DNA from: Thermosulfurimonas dismutans
GTDB taxonomy: Bacteria > Desulfobacterota > Thermodesulfobacteria > Thermodesulfobacteriales > Thermodesulfobacteriaceae
Assembly: GCF_001652585.1 (NCBI RefSeq)
Contig: NZ_LWLG01000001.1
Span: 300,001-332,000 of the forward strand
DNA length: 32,000 nucleotides
Direction: 5' to 3'
The position numbers were made by a program, and so were the translations under genes. Below, piece by piece: positions 1 through 9,296 of the stretch (positions are counted from its first letter, which is position 1; the number at the start of each line of letters is the position of its first letter). The notes beneath the pieces were generated by a model, which searched no databases, had not been told where the DNA came from, and saw only the letters and a program-made list of their open reading frames with translations.

Positions 1-1182
1 CGAGAGATTTCTCCCCACCGCGTAGATTGGCGAGAGGTAAACGCCTTGGTTTCTGTGCCAGCTGGGACTCCGGTGGCCAGGGTCTTGCCGCCTTCACCTG
101 GTATCCCCGGGCTTACGGTTTGGGGAGAACCTGTGCCTCCCAAACCCGGGAAAAAGGTGCATATCAAGATCGAATCCCGAGCGGAAGATAAAGATATAGA
201 AGCTATAGAAAAGGAACTTAGAGAGCTTGAACAGGAGAAGGTTCGGGCAGACTTGATTTTGGGGCCGGGGCTGAAATACGAAATCAAAGAAGGACTAATT
301 GTAGCTCGGGAGGGAGGTTTTCTAGAACTAAAGGAGCGTCGTCTCCGTCTGTATTCGGTTTACACCTTGGAAGGAGATGTGGACTGGAATACCGGAAACA
401 TATACTTTCACGGGAAGAAACTGACAATCAATGGCTCGGTGAAGAGAGGTTTTAAAGTGGAATCTCAAGGGGATCTGGAGATTAAAGGGGATATAGAGGA
501 TGGAGCCGCGATCAGAGCCGAAGGAGCCTTATTTATTTTCGGGATTATCAAGGGCGAACGCATTGAAATTTTTGCCGGCCGGGAGGCGATCCTAAACATT
601 GTAGAATACGCTACCCTGAAGGTAAAAGGCAATCTAAACGTTACCGGCTACCTGCTCCAGGTCCGGGCTATTGTGGGGGGGATGCTTTCTGTTATCGGAG
701 AAAAGGGGATCATTGGCGGAGAGATTTATACCGAGGGCTCGGCCACCGTAAGCGTGGTCGGAAGTTCAGCTTTCGTAAGGACTTTGATAAAAGTAGGTTA
801 TAGTTACGAAGTGGCTGAAGAAGTAGAAAGGCTTGAGAAGGAGTTTTCTAAACTAGATGAAGCCACTGATAAACTGAAGGATCTTTTGGTTAAAGGGATA
901 AGGTTGGCCAAGGCTGGCAAACTTAGTCCAGAGAAAAAGGAAATGCTCAAACAGTTGCACGCCTTTTTAAAGAAAAAGATCATCGAAATGGCCGATATCA
1001 AGGAAAAAATAAAAAGTCTCGAAGAGCATATAGACAAGGGAGAATATGCCATTTTACAAATTACCGTAAAGGCCTATCCCAATGTAATCGTAGGTATAGG
1101 CAAATACTCTATGCTTTTAAAAAAGGAGCATGGTCCGGGTATATTTTGTTTACAAGGCAAGAAAATAGTATTCAGGGGGTAA
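1..1182 (+). CDS. FapA-like (DUF342) flagellar-assembly family protein, 5'-truncated by window edge
   Basis: Frame 1 is open from nt 1, with no stop before the listed TTG at 46, so the gene probably begins upstream of the window. The translation has beta-helix-like repeats typical of DUF342/FapA (GDLEIKGDIEDGAAIRAEGALFIFGIIKG, KVKGNLNVTGYL). These are followed by a C-terminal coiled coil (EEVERLEKEFSKLDEATDKLKDLL). Confidence 0.6.
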   Translation, partial: REISPHRVDWREVNALVSVPAGTPVARVLPPSPGIPGLTVWGEPVPPKPGKKVHIKIESRAEDKDIEAIEKELRELEQEKVRADLILGPGLKYEIKEGLIVAREGGFLELKERRLRLYSVYTLEGDVDWNTGNIYFHGKKLTINGSVKRGFKVESQGDLEIKGDIEDGAAIRAEGALFIFGIIKGERIEIFAGREAILNIVEYATLKVKGNLNVTGYLLQVRAIVGGMLSVIGEKGIIGGEIYTEGSATVSVVGSSAFVRTLIKVGYSYEVAEEVERLEKEFSKLDEATDKLKDLLVKGIRLAKAGKLSPEKKEMLKQLHAFLKKKIIEMADIKEKIKSLEEHIDKGEYAILQITVKAYPNVIVGIGKYSMLLKKEHGPGIFCLQGKKIVFRG

Positions 1183-1185
1183 CAT

Positions 1186-1692
1186 TTGAAAGAAAAACCT
1201 TCATTAGAACTTAAAAGACTCCGAGAGAGCCTGAATAAGGCTGTAAAAGAATTTAATCGAATTTTTGGAAAAGATGTTTCTGACACGTCCTTAGAAAAAA
1301 GTATTTCGGGGAATATAGATAGTGTCTGTTTAGATTTACTCCTTATGGAATATTTGAGGTGGAAGACGATAATGATTAAGGAGGCCTTAAAGTGCAATGA
1401 TTTTTCCCATATGTTGGAGCTGGATCATACTAAATGTTCGATCGGTCAATTTATTTTGGACTTTACCCCTCCGGATGAGACTTCAAAGAGACTGATAGAA
1501 GAAATTGCTCGGATTCACGAAAAACTACACTCGGAGTTTCGAAAATTGTCGGAGGATCTCAAGTCCGGCCAGGTGGATTGCGAGGATGTCAAAAAAAGAC
1601 TTAAGCAAAGATTATTTCCTTTATTAAATGAGCTAGTGGATCTTTTGACAGATCTTTCTAACCATCTTGAGAAACTGGAAGCTGAGAGATAG
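1186..1692 (+). CDS. stand-alone CZB (chemoreceptor zinc-binding) domain protein
   Basis: The 168-aa ORF has a TTG start 3 nt after the FapA stop and a G-rich SD (AGGGGG) upstream. It carries a CZB-like core, LDHTKCSIGQF, followed by the spaced histidines IARIHEKLHSEF. No transmembrane or output domain is present. Confidence 0.6.
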   Translation: MKEKPSLELKRLRESLNKAVKEFNRIFGKDVSDTSLEKSISGNIDSVCLDLLLMEYLRWKTIMIKEALKCNDFSHMLELDHTKCSIGQFILDFTPPDETSKRLIEEIARIHEKLHSEFRKLSEDLKSGQVDCEDVKKRLKQRLFPLLNELVDLLTDLSNHLEKLEAER

Positions 1693-1695
1693 CCT

Positions 1696-2685
1696 TTGGG
1701 GATCGCTGTTCCCGGACATATGAAGTTTGTAGGCTCCGGGGCCCTGAACCTGGATCTTTTCTATGAGGTCCCGGATCTGACCGAACTCGAATTCGGAGGG
1801 ATAAAATTCCGGCCGGGGAGCGAGGCCTCCGGTGACCGGAAGACCTTTTACGCCCTGAGAGACTATCTCGAGGCTCGGGGACGCTTTCTGGGGGCCTCTG
1901 GTGGCGGTTCGGCGGCCAACACCATCTACGCCCTCGCTCGTTTCGGTTTTGAGACCGCCTTTATCGGGGCCGCCGGACAGGACGAGGAGGGCGAAAGAGT
2001 TCTTTCCGAGCTTTCGGCCGAAGGGGTGGAGCTTTCAAGGGCCCTGGTCTCCGGGACTACCGGACTAGCCCTCATCGTCCTTGATGAAAAGCGGGACCGT
2101 TTCATCTTCGTCTCACCCGGAACCGCCGAAAAGACCCTTGCGGATTTCGATCCCTCGGTGACCGAGGGGGAATGGCTACACTTGAGCTCGCTCGTCACCG
2201 ATGAGGGTTTTGCCTTTCACAAGAGGCTTGTCCTCCGGACTTCCGGGCCGGTGAGCCTTGATCCTGGTGAGATCTACGCCGCAAGGGGGCGAGAGGCCTT
2301 GCTTCCAATATTACAAAGGGTGACCCACCTCTTCATAACTGAAAGGGAGCTAGCTGTGCTTGCATTGTCCCAAGATGAGCTTTTTGAGACCGGAATTGAG
2401 GTCCTTTTCGTAAAAATGGGTGCCCGGGGGGCAAGGCTTGTCCTTCCCAGAAAAGAGCTTTCCCTCCCGGCGGAGACGCCCTCCCGGTTGATTGACAACA
2501 CTGGGGCCGGAGATTTCTTCGACGCCGGAGTGCTTGCGGGCTTGGCCCTGGGATTGTCCCCGAAGAGGGCCTTAAAGCTTGGCCTTAAGGTGGCCGCTAC
2601 CAGCCTTTCCGACTATGGCCGCCGGGGTTGTCCCGAAAGGGAGGAGTTTTTAAACTGGGTGAGAGAACTTAAGGAGGGCCTTTGA
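1696..2685 (+). CDS. PfkB/ribokinase-family carbohydrate kinase
   Basis: PfkB signature DNTGAGDFFDAGVLAGL lies near the C-terminus, with GGSAANT near the N-terminus. The start is ambiguous: TTG at 1696 or ATG at 1720 (MKFVGSGALNLD). The stop overlaps the tldD start (TTGA at 2682-2685). Confidence 0.8.
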   Translation: MGIAVPGHMKFVGSGALNLDLFYEVPDLTELEFGGIKFRPGSEASGDRKTFYALRDYLEARGRFLGASGGGSAANTIYALARFGFETAFIGAAGQDEEGERVLSELSAEGVELSRALVSGTTGLALIVLDEKRDRFIFVSPGTAEKTLADFDPSVTEGEWLHLSSLVTDEGFAFHKRLVLRTSGPVSLDPGEIYAARGREALLPILQRVTHLFITERELAVLALSQDELFETGIEVLFVKMGARGARLVLPRKELSLPAETPSRLIDNTGAGDFFDAGVLAGLALGLSPKRALKLGLKVAATSLSDYGRRGCPEREEFLNWVRELKEGL

Positions 2686-4073
2686 TCGTAAGAGAAAAGA
2701 AGTTAATACTTCCTGCCGGTGTTGAGACCGTTCTTTCGGCCCTCTCCGAAGGGGCCCTTTTTGCGGATCTCTATTTTGAACGTTCACGGGACCTCCGAAT
2801 CGTTCTTGAGGGCGAGAAGATAGAGCAACTTTCTACTGGCGAGGACGCCGGTGTCGGCCTTCGCCGCATCGAGGAGGATTTCCATACCAACTACGCCTTC
2901 TCAAACGATTTTTCCGGAGAGACCCTGCTGGCTCTGGCAAGAAGGCTCGGTGGTCGAGAAAGCGCAAGGGCGCTCGAGCTCAATAAGCCAGTTGCCAGTC
3001 AGCTCTCCGTAAAGGTTGATCCTGAGGAAGTAAGGCTTTCCCGTAAGATAGAGTTTGTAAAACAGGCGGCAGAGGTGGCCCGCAGAAAATCCCCGGAGAT
3101 AAGGCAGGTGCGGGTGGTCTATCAGGAGAGCTTTAAGGAACTTGTCATGCTTGCTTCCGAAGGCCGAATGGTTGAGGAGAGCCGGCTCTACACCCTCTTT
3201 GCGGTACAAGTAGTAGCCGAAAGGGATGGCCTGCTTCAGCAGGGCTATGAACCCGTGGGTGGCACGGTTGGACTTGAGCTTTTTGAGGAGGATCCGCCGG
3301 AGGAGGTGGCCCGGCGGGCGGCTGAAAGGGCCCTTCTCATGCTTTCAGCTCGCAGGGCCCCGGGGGGGCGCATGCCGGTGGTGCTTTCTTCTTCCGCCGG
3401 GGGGACCATGATTCACGAGGCCGTGGGCCATGGACTTGAGGCCGATCATGCCGAGGAAGGGTTTTCGGTCTATGCCGGCCGCCTGGGAGAGAAGGTGGCC
3501 TCTCCCCTTATCACCGTGATCGACGACCCCACCCTTCCGGGAAAACGCGGTTCCTATCTTTTTGACGACGAGGGGGTTCCGGCGGAAAGGGTGGTTCTCA
3601 TCGAAAATGGTGTGCTCAAGAACTTCCTTTACGATCGGGCTACGGCCTTAAAATTCGGAAAAAAGCCAAACGGTCATGGGCGCCGGGAATCTTACCGCCA
3701 CCGTCCCATTCCTCGGATGGCCAACACCTACATCGCCCCTGGCCCCCACGATCCTGGGGAAATCATCCGTAGCGTCTCCCGTGGACTTCTGGTGAAAAAG
3801 ATGGGCGGAGGTGAAGTCAACCCCGTAACCGGGGACTTCGTCTTTGAGGTTACAGAGGGCTATCTAATCGAAGACGGCGAGGTGGGAGAGCCCATAAGGG
3901 GAGCCACCCTTGTGGGGAATGGCCCCGAGGTCCTCAGGATTATCGACATGGTGGGAAATGACCTCGGATTCGGTATCGGCACCTGCGGCAAGGACGGCCA
4001 GGGCGTCCCGGTCTCCGACGCTCAACCCACTCTCCGCATCCCCGAACTCATCGTCGGCGGCGAGGTGAGGTAA
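2682..4073 (+). CDS. tldD: TldD-family metalloprotease
   Basis: The 463-aa ORF contains the HEAVGHGLEAD zinc motif characteristic of TldD. Its C-terminal region is glycine-rich (GGGEVNPVTGDF). SD AAGGAGG lies 4 nt before the TTG start. No TldE/PmbA partner is present in the window. Confidence 0.85.
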   Translation: MIVREKKLILPAGVETVLSALSEGALFADLYFERSRDLRIVLEGEKIEQLSTGEDAGVGLRRIEEDFHTNYAFSNDFSGETLLALARRLGGRESARALELNKPVASQLSVKVDPEEVRLSRKIEFVKQAAEVARRKSPEIRQVRVVYQESFKELVMLASEGRMVEESRLYTLFAVQVVAERDGLLQQGYEPVGGTVGLELFEEDPPEEVARRAAERALLMLSARRAPGGRMPVVLSSSAGGTMIHEAVGHGLEADHAEEGFSVYAGRLGEKVASPLITVIDDPTLPGKRGSYLFDDEGVPAERVVLIENGVLKNFLYDRATALKFGKKPNGHGRRESYRHRPIPRMANTYIAPGPHDPGEIIRSVSRGLLVKKMGGGEVNPVTGDFVFEVTEGYLIEDGEVGEPIRGATLVGNGPEVLRIIDMVGNDLGFGIGTCGKDGQGVPVSDAQPTLRIPELIVGGEVR

Positions 4074-4212
4074 AGCCCAAAGCTGGGTGTATAGCGATAT
4101 TGTGTTGAATTCACTAAAGTATTTTAGTTGACTTCCTGTCTCTGGAGATTTGACGCTGTAACTTTACTGGTAAAATAATCCGGCGGGATAAAGTGCAAAA
4201 GGAGACGAACAG

Positions 4213-5589
4213 ATGTGCGGAATCTTCGGAGTTTTCGGGCACAAGGAGGCGGCCAAACTTACTTATTTCGGGCTTTATGCCCTTCAGCACCGGGGACAGG
4301 AAAGCGCCGGGATGGCGGTCTCGGATGGGCGGGAGGTCCGGGAGTACCGGGCTCTGGGACTGGTGCCGGATGTCTTCAATGAAGAGATCCTCAGCCGGCT
4401 TCCTGGACACATCGCTGTGGGCCATGTGCGCTACTCCACCACCGGCTCCACAACCGTTAAAAACGCCCAGCCCTTCTGTGTAACCCATGGGGGTTGCACG
4501 CTTGCGCTTGCCCATAACGGAAACCTGGTAAACGCCTACGAGATCCGGCGGGAACTCGAGTCCCAGGGCTCAATCTTTCAGACCACCATGGACAGCGAGG
4601 TTATTGTGCATTTGCTGGCCAAGGCCTCCCGCAAGGGGATCGTGGAGGCCATCCGGGAGGCCATGGGAATCATCCGCGGGGCCTACTCCGTGATCCTTCT
4701 GCTTCCGGACAAGCTCATCGCCTTCCGGGATCCTTATGGCTTCCGTCCCCTTTGTCTCGGGATGGTTAACGGGGGCTACGTGGTGGCCTCCGAGACTTGT
4801 GCCCTGGATCTTATCCAGGCCCAATATCTTCGGGACATTGAGCCCGGGGAAATCCTGGTGATAGACGAAAATGGCCTTTCTTCTTACAAAGGGATGGAAA
4901 GTGCCCGCCGAGCCCACTGCATCTTTGAGTTCATTTATTTTGCCCGGCCGGACAGTTACATCTTCGGCGAAAATGTTTATGCCTTTCGCAAACATTTGGG
5001 GGAGGGGCTGGCCCGCGAAAATCCTTTAGAAGTAGACTTCGTAATGCCCTTTCCCGACTCCGGAAACTACGCGGCCATCGGTTACGCCCAGGCCACCGGG
5101 CTTCCCTTTGAGATGGGGGTTATTCGGAACCACTATGTGGGGCGTACCTTCATTCAGCCCTCAGCCGGGATGCGGGATTTTTCGGTAAGGGTAAAGCTGA
5201 ACCCGGTAAAGGAGATCCTGCGTGGGAAAAAGGTGGCGGTGGTGGACGATTCTCTGGTTCGGGGAACCACCAGCCGCACCAGGGTTAAGGCCATCCGGGA
5301 GGCCGGGGCCCATGAGATCTATATGCTCATAAGTTGTCCCCCCATTCGCCATCCCTGCTTTTACGGCATAGATTTCCCCACTCCCGGAGAGCTCATCGCG
5401 GCCAAACACTCGGTGGAGGAGATTCGACGGTATCTTGAACTCGACGGGCTCTATTACCTGAGCCTTGAGGGCCTGATCTCGGCCGCCGGCGGGGAAGGTG
5501 ACAAGTTCTGTCTAGCCTGTTTTACCGGGGAGTATCCGGTCCCGGTGGAAAGGGGATTTAGAAAAGACATTCTGGAGAAAGGCGAATGA
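4213..5589 (+). CDS. purF: amidophosphoribosyltransferase (glutamine-PRPP amidotransferase)
   Basis: The N-terminus MCGIFGVFG provides the Ntn Cys directly after Met. A PRPP-binding loop (VAVVDDSLVRGTTS) and C-terminal Cys ligands for the [4Fe-4S] cluster (CFYGIDFP, CLACFTGEYP) are present. SD AAGGAG lies upstream. Confidence 0.95.
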   Translation: MCGIFGVFGHKEAAKLTYFGLYALQHRGQESAGMAVSDGREVREYRALGLVPDVFNEEILSRLPGHIAVGHVRYSTTGSTTVKNAQPFCVTHGGCTLALAHNGNLVNAYEIRRELESQGSIFQTTMDSEVIVHLLAKASRKGIVEAIREAMGIIRGAYSVILLLPDKLIAFRDPYGFRPLCLGMVNGGYVVASETCALDLIQAQYLRDIEPGEILVIDENGLSSYKGMESARRAHCIFEFIYFARPDSYIFGENVYAFRKHLGEGLARENPLEVDFVMPFPDSGNYAAIGYAQATGLPFEMGVIRNHYVGRTFIQPSAGMRDFSVRVKLNPVKEILRGKKVAVVDDSLVRGTTSRTRVKAIREAGAHEIYMLISCPPIRHPCFYGIDFPTPGELIAAKHSVEEIRRYLELDGLYYLSLEGLISAAGGEGDKFCLACFTGEYPVPVERGFRKDILEKGE

Positions 5590-7067
5590 TAGCGTACCGT
5601 AATCTTCAGGAATTCGTAGAAAGGCTTTCTGCCGAGGGTGAGCTTTTACGCATAAAGGAACCGGTTTCTCCCGACCTTGAGATCACGGAGATTACGGACC
5701 GGGTGGTAAAGCGCGGGGGGCCGGCCCTTCTCTTTGAAAGGGTGAAGGGCTACGACCTGCCGGTCCTTACCAACGCCTTCGGAAGCATGCGCCGCATGAG
5801 CCTGGCCCTGGGGGTCTCGGATCTCGAAGCCCTGGGCCGAGAGATCTCGGATTTCCTTCAGGTGGAGGCCCCGGATTCGCTCTTCAAAAAACTGAAACTG
5901 GTCCCGAAGCTGAAACGCCTGGCCAATATGTTTCCGAAGATGGTGAGCAAAGCGCCCTGCCAGGAGATCATTCTAAAGGGCGACGAAGTGGATCTTTTGA
6001 GGCTTCCGGTGCTCAAGTGCTGGCCGAAGGACGGCGGGCCCTTCATCACCCTTCCGGTGGTGATCACCAAACACCCGGAAACCGGGGTGAGAAACGCCGG
6101 AATGTATCGCATGCAGGTCTTTGACAAAAACACCACCGGAATGCACTGGCACACCCACAAGGGCGGGGCCCATCACTTCCGGGTGGCCGAGCGCTTGGGG
6201 CAAAGGCTTCCGGTGGCGGTGGCCATCGGGCCGGATCCGGCGGTGACCTACGCCGCCACTGCGCCCCTTCCCGAGGACGTAGACGAGTTCGTCTTTGCCG
6301 GATTTTTGCGAGGCAAACCGGTTGAGCTGGTCAAATGTATCACCGTACCGCTTGAGGTTCCGGCCGAAAGTCAGATCGTGCTTGAGGGCTATGTGGAGCC
6401 CGGGGAGAGGCGGCTCGAAGGTCCCTTCGGAGACCACACCGGCTACTATTCCCTTCCGGATTACTATCCCGTCTTCCATATAACCTGCATGACCATGCGG
6501 AAGGACGCCATCTATCCCGCCACCATCGTGGGACGCCCCCCGCAGGAAGACTGCTACATGGCCAAGGCCACCGAAAGGCTGTTTTTGCCCCTTATAAAAA
6601 AGACCCTTCCCGAGATCGTGGACATGAATCTCCCCATCGAGGGGGTGTTTCACAACCTGGCCTTCGTTTCCATTGACAAACGCTATCCCGGACATGCCCG
6701 GAAGGTGGCCTGTGCCCTCTGGGGCCTCGGGCAGATGATGTTTACCAAGATCATAGTGATCTTTGACAAAGAGGTGAACGTGCAAGATCTTTCGGAGTGT
6801 CTTTGGCGGCTCGGGAACAATGTGGACCCGGCCCGGGATATCTTTTTCGTGCAGGGGCCGGTAGATGCCCTGGATCACGCCTCCCCCTACCCCTTCTACG
6901 GCAGTAAGATGGCCATCGACGCCACTCGCAAGTGGCCGGAGGAGGGCTTCGGCCGCGACTGGCCGGAGGTCATAGAAATGACTCCGGAGGTCAAAGCCCG
7001 CATTGACAAGCTCTGGTCCAAACTTGGGGTGGAAAAGTTTCTGGAAAGGACTAAGCGAGACCTTTAA
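5586..7067 (+). CDS. UbiD-family (prenylated-FMN dependent) decarboxylase, probably quinone biosynthesis
   Basis: The 493-aa ORF has an N-terminus typical of UbiD (YRNLQEFVERLSAEGELLRIKEPVSPDLEITEI). Other UbiD-like stretches include GMYRMQVFDKNTTGMHWHTHKGG and GPFGDHTGYY. Its ATG overlaps the purF stop (ATGA). Confidence 0.85.
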   Translation: MIAYRNLQEFVERLSAEGELLRIKEPVSPDLEITEITDRVVKRGGPALLFERVKGYDLPVLTNAFGSMRRMSLALGVSDLEALGREISDFLQVEAPDSLFKKLKLVPKLKRLANMFPKMVSKAPCQEIILKGDEVDLLRLPVLKCWPKDGGPFITLPVVITKHPETGVRNAGMYRMQVFDKNTTGMHWHTHKGGAHHFRVAERLGQRLPVAVAIGPDPAVTYAATAPLPEDVDEFVFAGFLRGKPVELVKCITVPLEVPAESQIVLEGYVEPGERRLEGPFGDHTGYYSLPDYYPVFHITCMTMRKDAIYPATIVGRPPQEDCYMAKATERLFLPLIKKTLPEIVDMNLPIEGVFHNLAFVSIDKRYPGHARKVACALWGLGQMMFTKIIVIFDKEVNVQDLSECLWRLGNNVDPARDIFFVQGPVDALDHASPYPFYGSKMAIDATRKWPEEGFGRDWPEVIEMTPEVKARIDKLWSKLGVEKFLERTKRDL

Positions 7068-7077
7068 AGATTAATTT

Positions 7078-7488
7078 CTACCCCAGTTCGTAAACCTCAA
7101 GCCCTTTGGAAAGGAGAAGGGCGGCGGTGACGCCGAGCTTGGGCGAGAGGCCGCAGGAGGGACTCCGGGCTTTAAGAAAAGCCCGTCTTATTCCGAGTGT
7201 CTGGCAAATCTTTAGGACTTCTCGGGCCCCTCGCACAAAGGCTTCGGTGACTTCTTCGCCCTGTCGGTTTACTACCCGGGCCTTGCCGGAAAGAACGGCC
7301 AAGCCGTCTCCTTCAAGGATCTCAGCCGCTGGTCTCGGGGTGGAAAGGCCTCCTAACTGTTCGGGACAGGCCGGAATAAGGAGATACCGTTCCTTTAAGA
7401 TAGTCACTACGGGCTCAGAGAGGATCTCTCCGTCGTAGCGGGTGGCGAGTCCCAGGAGACAGGCCGAGATCAGGACCGGTTCTCTCAC
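7078..7488 (-). CDS. DUF523 (TudS-like, 2-thiouracil desulfurase family) protein
   Basis: The 136-aa ORF carries the conserved DUF523 cysteine pattern: ISACLLGLATRYDG, IPACPEQLGG and ARSPSCG. Its start overlaps the purM stop by 4 nt. Confidence 0.7.
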   Translation of the reverse strand: MREPVLISACLLGLATRYDGEILSEPVVTILKERYLLIPACPEQLGGLSTPRPAAEILEGDGLAVLSGKARVVNRQGEEVTEAFVRGAREVLKICQTLGIRRAFLKARSPSCGLSPKLGVTAALLLSKGLEVYELG

Positions 7489-8531
7489 ACTAGGACTACC
7501 TGAGGGGAATCCCCGGAGGAGGCCTCGATAACCCCAATCCGGTAGACCGTATCCCCGAGCCCCCGACAGACGGTCTCCACCTCTTCCACGGCTTTGGGCG
7601 GAACCACCAGCACGAACCCGATTCCGCAGTTGAAGACCCGATACATCTCTTCCTCGGAGATGCGCCCCTTTTCCTTGAGGAAGTGGAAAACGGGCGGTAC
7701 CTCCCAGGCCGATTTTTCGATTACCGCCCTTACCCCTCGGGGCAGCACTCGGGAAAGGTTGTCGTAAAAACCTCCGCCCGTGATATGGGCCATAGCTTTG
7801 ATCCGAGTGCCCCGATGGAGGAGGTTTAGAACCGTATTGACATAAATCCTTGTAGGTTTGAGGAGCTCCTCTCCTAGAGGGAGGCCGAACTCCGGAACCT
7901 CTACCGAAAGATCGAGCTTGAGCTCCTCAAGGACGATCTTTCGGACCAGGGAAAACCCGTTTGAGTGCAATCCATTTGAGGCCAAGCCTAAAATCACATC
8001 TCCCACCGAGACCTCGGAGCCGTCAATGATACGGTTCCTATCTACTACGCCTACCGCAAAACCGGCGCAGTCATATTCTCCGGGAGGATACATACCCGGC
8101 ATCTCCGCAGTTTCTCCTCCGAGAAGGGCACAGTGGCCCTCACGGCAGCCCTCGGCGATACCCTCTAAGAGCTCGAGATAGATCTTTTCCTCAAGTTTGC
8201 CGAAGGCCAGATAGTCCAGGAAAAACAGGGGTTTGGCCCCGCAGACGATGAGGTCGTTTACGCACATGGCTACGAGATCAATACCGATGTCCCGGTGTTT
8301 TCCGTAAAGCACGGCCAGTTTGATCTTGGTGCCTACCCCATCGGTAGTGGCACAGAGCACCGGCTCCTGGAAATGGTTGAGATCCAGGGCAAAAAGACCG
8401 GAAAAACCCCCGATGTCCGTAAGAACTCCCTGCCGGGGAGTGCTTTTCACCAGGCGCTTGACTTCTTCAACCAGACGGTTAGCCTTGTCAATGTCCACCC
8501 CGGCTTCGGCGTAACGTGAACTTTTCGACAT
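7485..8531 (-). CDS. purM: phosphoribosylformylglycinamidine cyclo-ligase (AIR synthetase)
   Basis: The 348-aa ORF shows typical PurM motifs: YAEAGVDIDKAN, ATTDGVGTKIKLA, DLVAMCVNDL and AHITGGGF. Confidence 0.95.
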   Translation of the reverse strand: MSKSSRYAEAGVDIDKANRLVEEVKRLVKSTPRQGVLTDIGGFSGLFALDLNHFQEPVLCATTDGVGTKIKLAVLYGKHRDIGIDLVAMCVNDLIVCGAKPLFFLDYLAFGKLEEKIYLELLEGIAEGCREGHCALLGGETAEMPGMYPPGEYDCAGFAVGVVDRNRIIDGSEVSVGDVILGLASNGLHSNGFSLVRKIVLEELKLDLSVEVPEFGLPLGEELLKPTRIYVNTVLNLLHRGTRIKAMAHITGGGFYDNLSRVLPRGVRAVIEKSAWEVPPVFHFLKEKGRISEEEMYRVFNCGIGFVLVVPPKAVEEVETVCRGLGDTVYRIGVIEASSGDSPQVVLV

Positions 8532-8534
8532 GGC

Positions 8535-9278
8535 TTAATAAGCGTAGAGCTTTCCGTAAGGCCTGTGGGTGTAAGGCTCAATCTTAATGAAAGGTTCTTT
8601 CATTATCTCTTCGAGATCGAGATTGAAGTCTTCGCAGTATTCAGAAAGATGTTTCCTCAACAGGGCTTCGTCCTCCTCGGTAAGCTTGTGGGGTTTTAGG
8701 CCCAGACCAAGTTGCGTTTCCGAAACCTGGCCCCGCACATAGATGGTCCCACCATGCATCCCTGTGCCGAGATAGATGCCGGCGATAGGTCTTTCCGGAT
8801 AACGCGAAAACATCCCCAGGAGGATGATGATACCTCCGGCCATGTATTCGCCGAGAAAGTCTCCGGCCTTGCCACCGATGACGATTACTGGGACCTTGTC
8901 CATATAGGCCTTCATGTGGATGCCCACCCGGTAGCCCACGTCCGAATAGACGTGGATCTTGCCCCCGCGCATGGCGTAGCCCAGCACGTCACCGGCCATG
9001 CCGTGGACCACGATCTTGCCCTCGTCCATGGTGTTCCCGGTACCGTCCTGGGTGTTGCCGTGCACGATGATCTCTGGTCCCCGCATGAAGGCCCCGAGAT
9101 CGAGCCCCGGCGTGCCATAGATCTCAAGGCGCACCTTTTCGGAAACGCCCGCCGCGATGTACCGCTGACCGTTTATGTTCCTAAGGAGGAATTCCCTCTC
9201 TCCCTCCTCGATTTTAGCTCGAAGAAGCCGATTGAGATCCCGATAGTGGATGTCTTTAGCGTCAATCTCGGTGGCCAT
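8535..9278 (-). CDS. glutamate synthase GXGXG-domain subunit (GltB C-terminal domain homologue)
   Basis: The 247-aa ORF has the repeated beta-helix GXGXG pattern: IVHGNTQDGTGNTMDEGKIVVHGMAGDVLGYAMRGGKIHVYSDVGYRVG. It is the third gene of the split glutamate synthase cluster. Confidence 0.8.
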   Translation of the reverse strand: MATEIDAKDIHYRDLNRLLRAKIEEGEREFLLRNINGQRYIAAGVSEKVRLEIYGTPGLDLGAFMRGPEIIVHGNTQDGTGNTMDEGKIVVHGMAGDVLGYAMRGGKIHVYSDVGYRVGIHMKAYMDKVPVIVIGGKAGDFLGEYMAGGIIILLGMFSRYPERPIAGIYLGTGMHGGTIYVRGQVSETQLGLGLKPHKLTEEDEALLRKHLSEYCEDFNLDLEEIMKEPFIKIEPYTHRPYGKLYAY

Positions 9279-9296
9279 GTTTTCCTCCTCGAAACT

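Noticed and set aside
1696-4073. PfkB kinase and a lone TldD as a possible peptide-maturation or toxin-processing module.
   Set aside because: There is no TldE/PmbA partner, precursor peptide, cyclodehydratase or toxin gene nearby. The overlap (TTGA) is typical of this compact genome, so there is nothing beyond adjacency.
4074-4212. Possible purine, ZTP or PRPP riboswitch in the 139-nt leader of purF.
   Set aside because: I could not find the conserved cores of these riboswitch classes. Only promoter-like hexamers (TTGACT, TTGACG) and an SD are evident.
4114-4515. A 133-aa minus-strand ORF and a 96-aa plus-strand ORF overlapping the purF 5' end.
   Set aside because: They overlap the unambiguous purF coding sequence, and their translations have no motifs or start signals.
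5973-6878. Long antisense ORFs: 301 aa at 5973-6878 opposite ubiD, 324 aa at 8712-9686 opposite the glutamate synthase genes, and 211 aa at 11430-12065.
   Set aside because: Each lies fully inside a confidently identified gene on the other strand. They have low-complexity Gly/Pro/Arg/His-rich translations with no recognisable motifs. Such open antisense frames are expected in GC-rich coding DNA.
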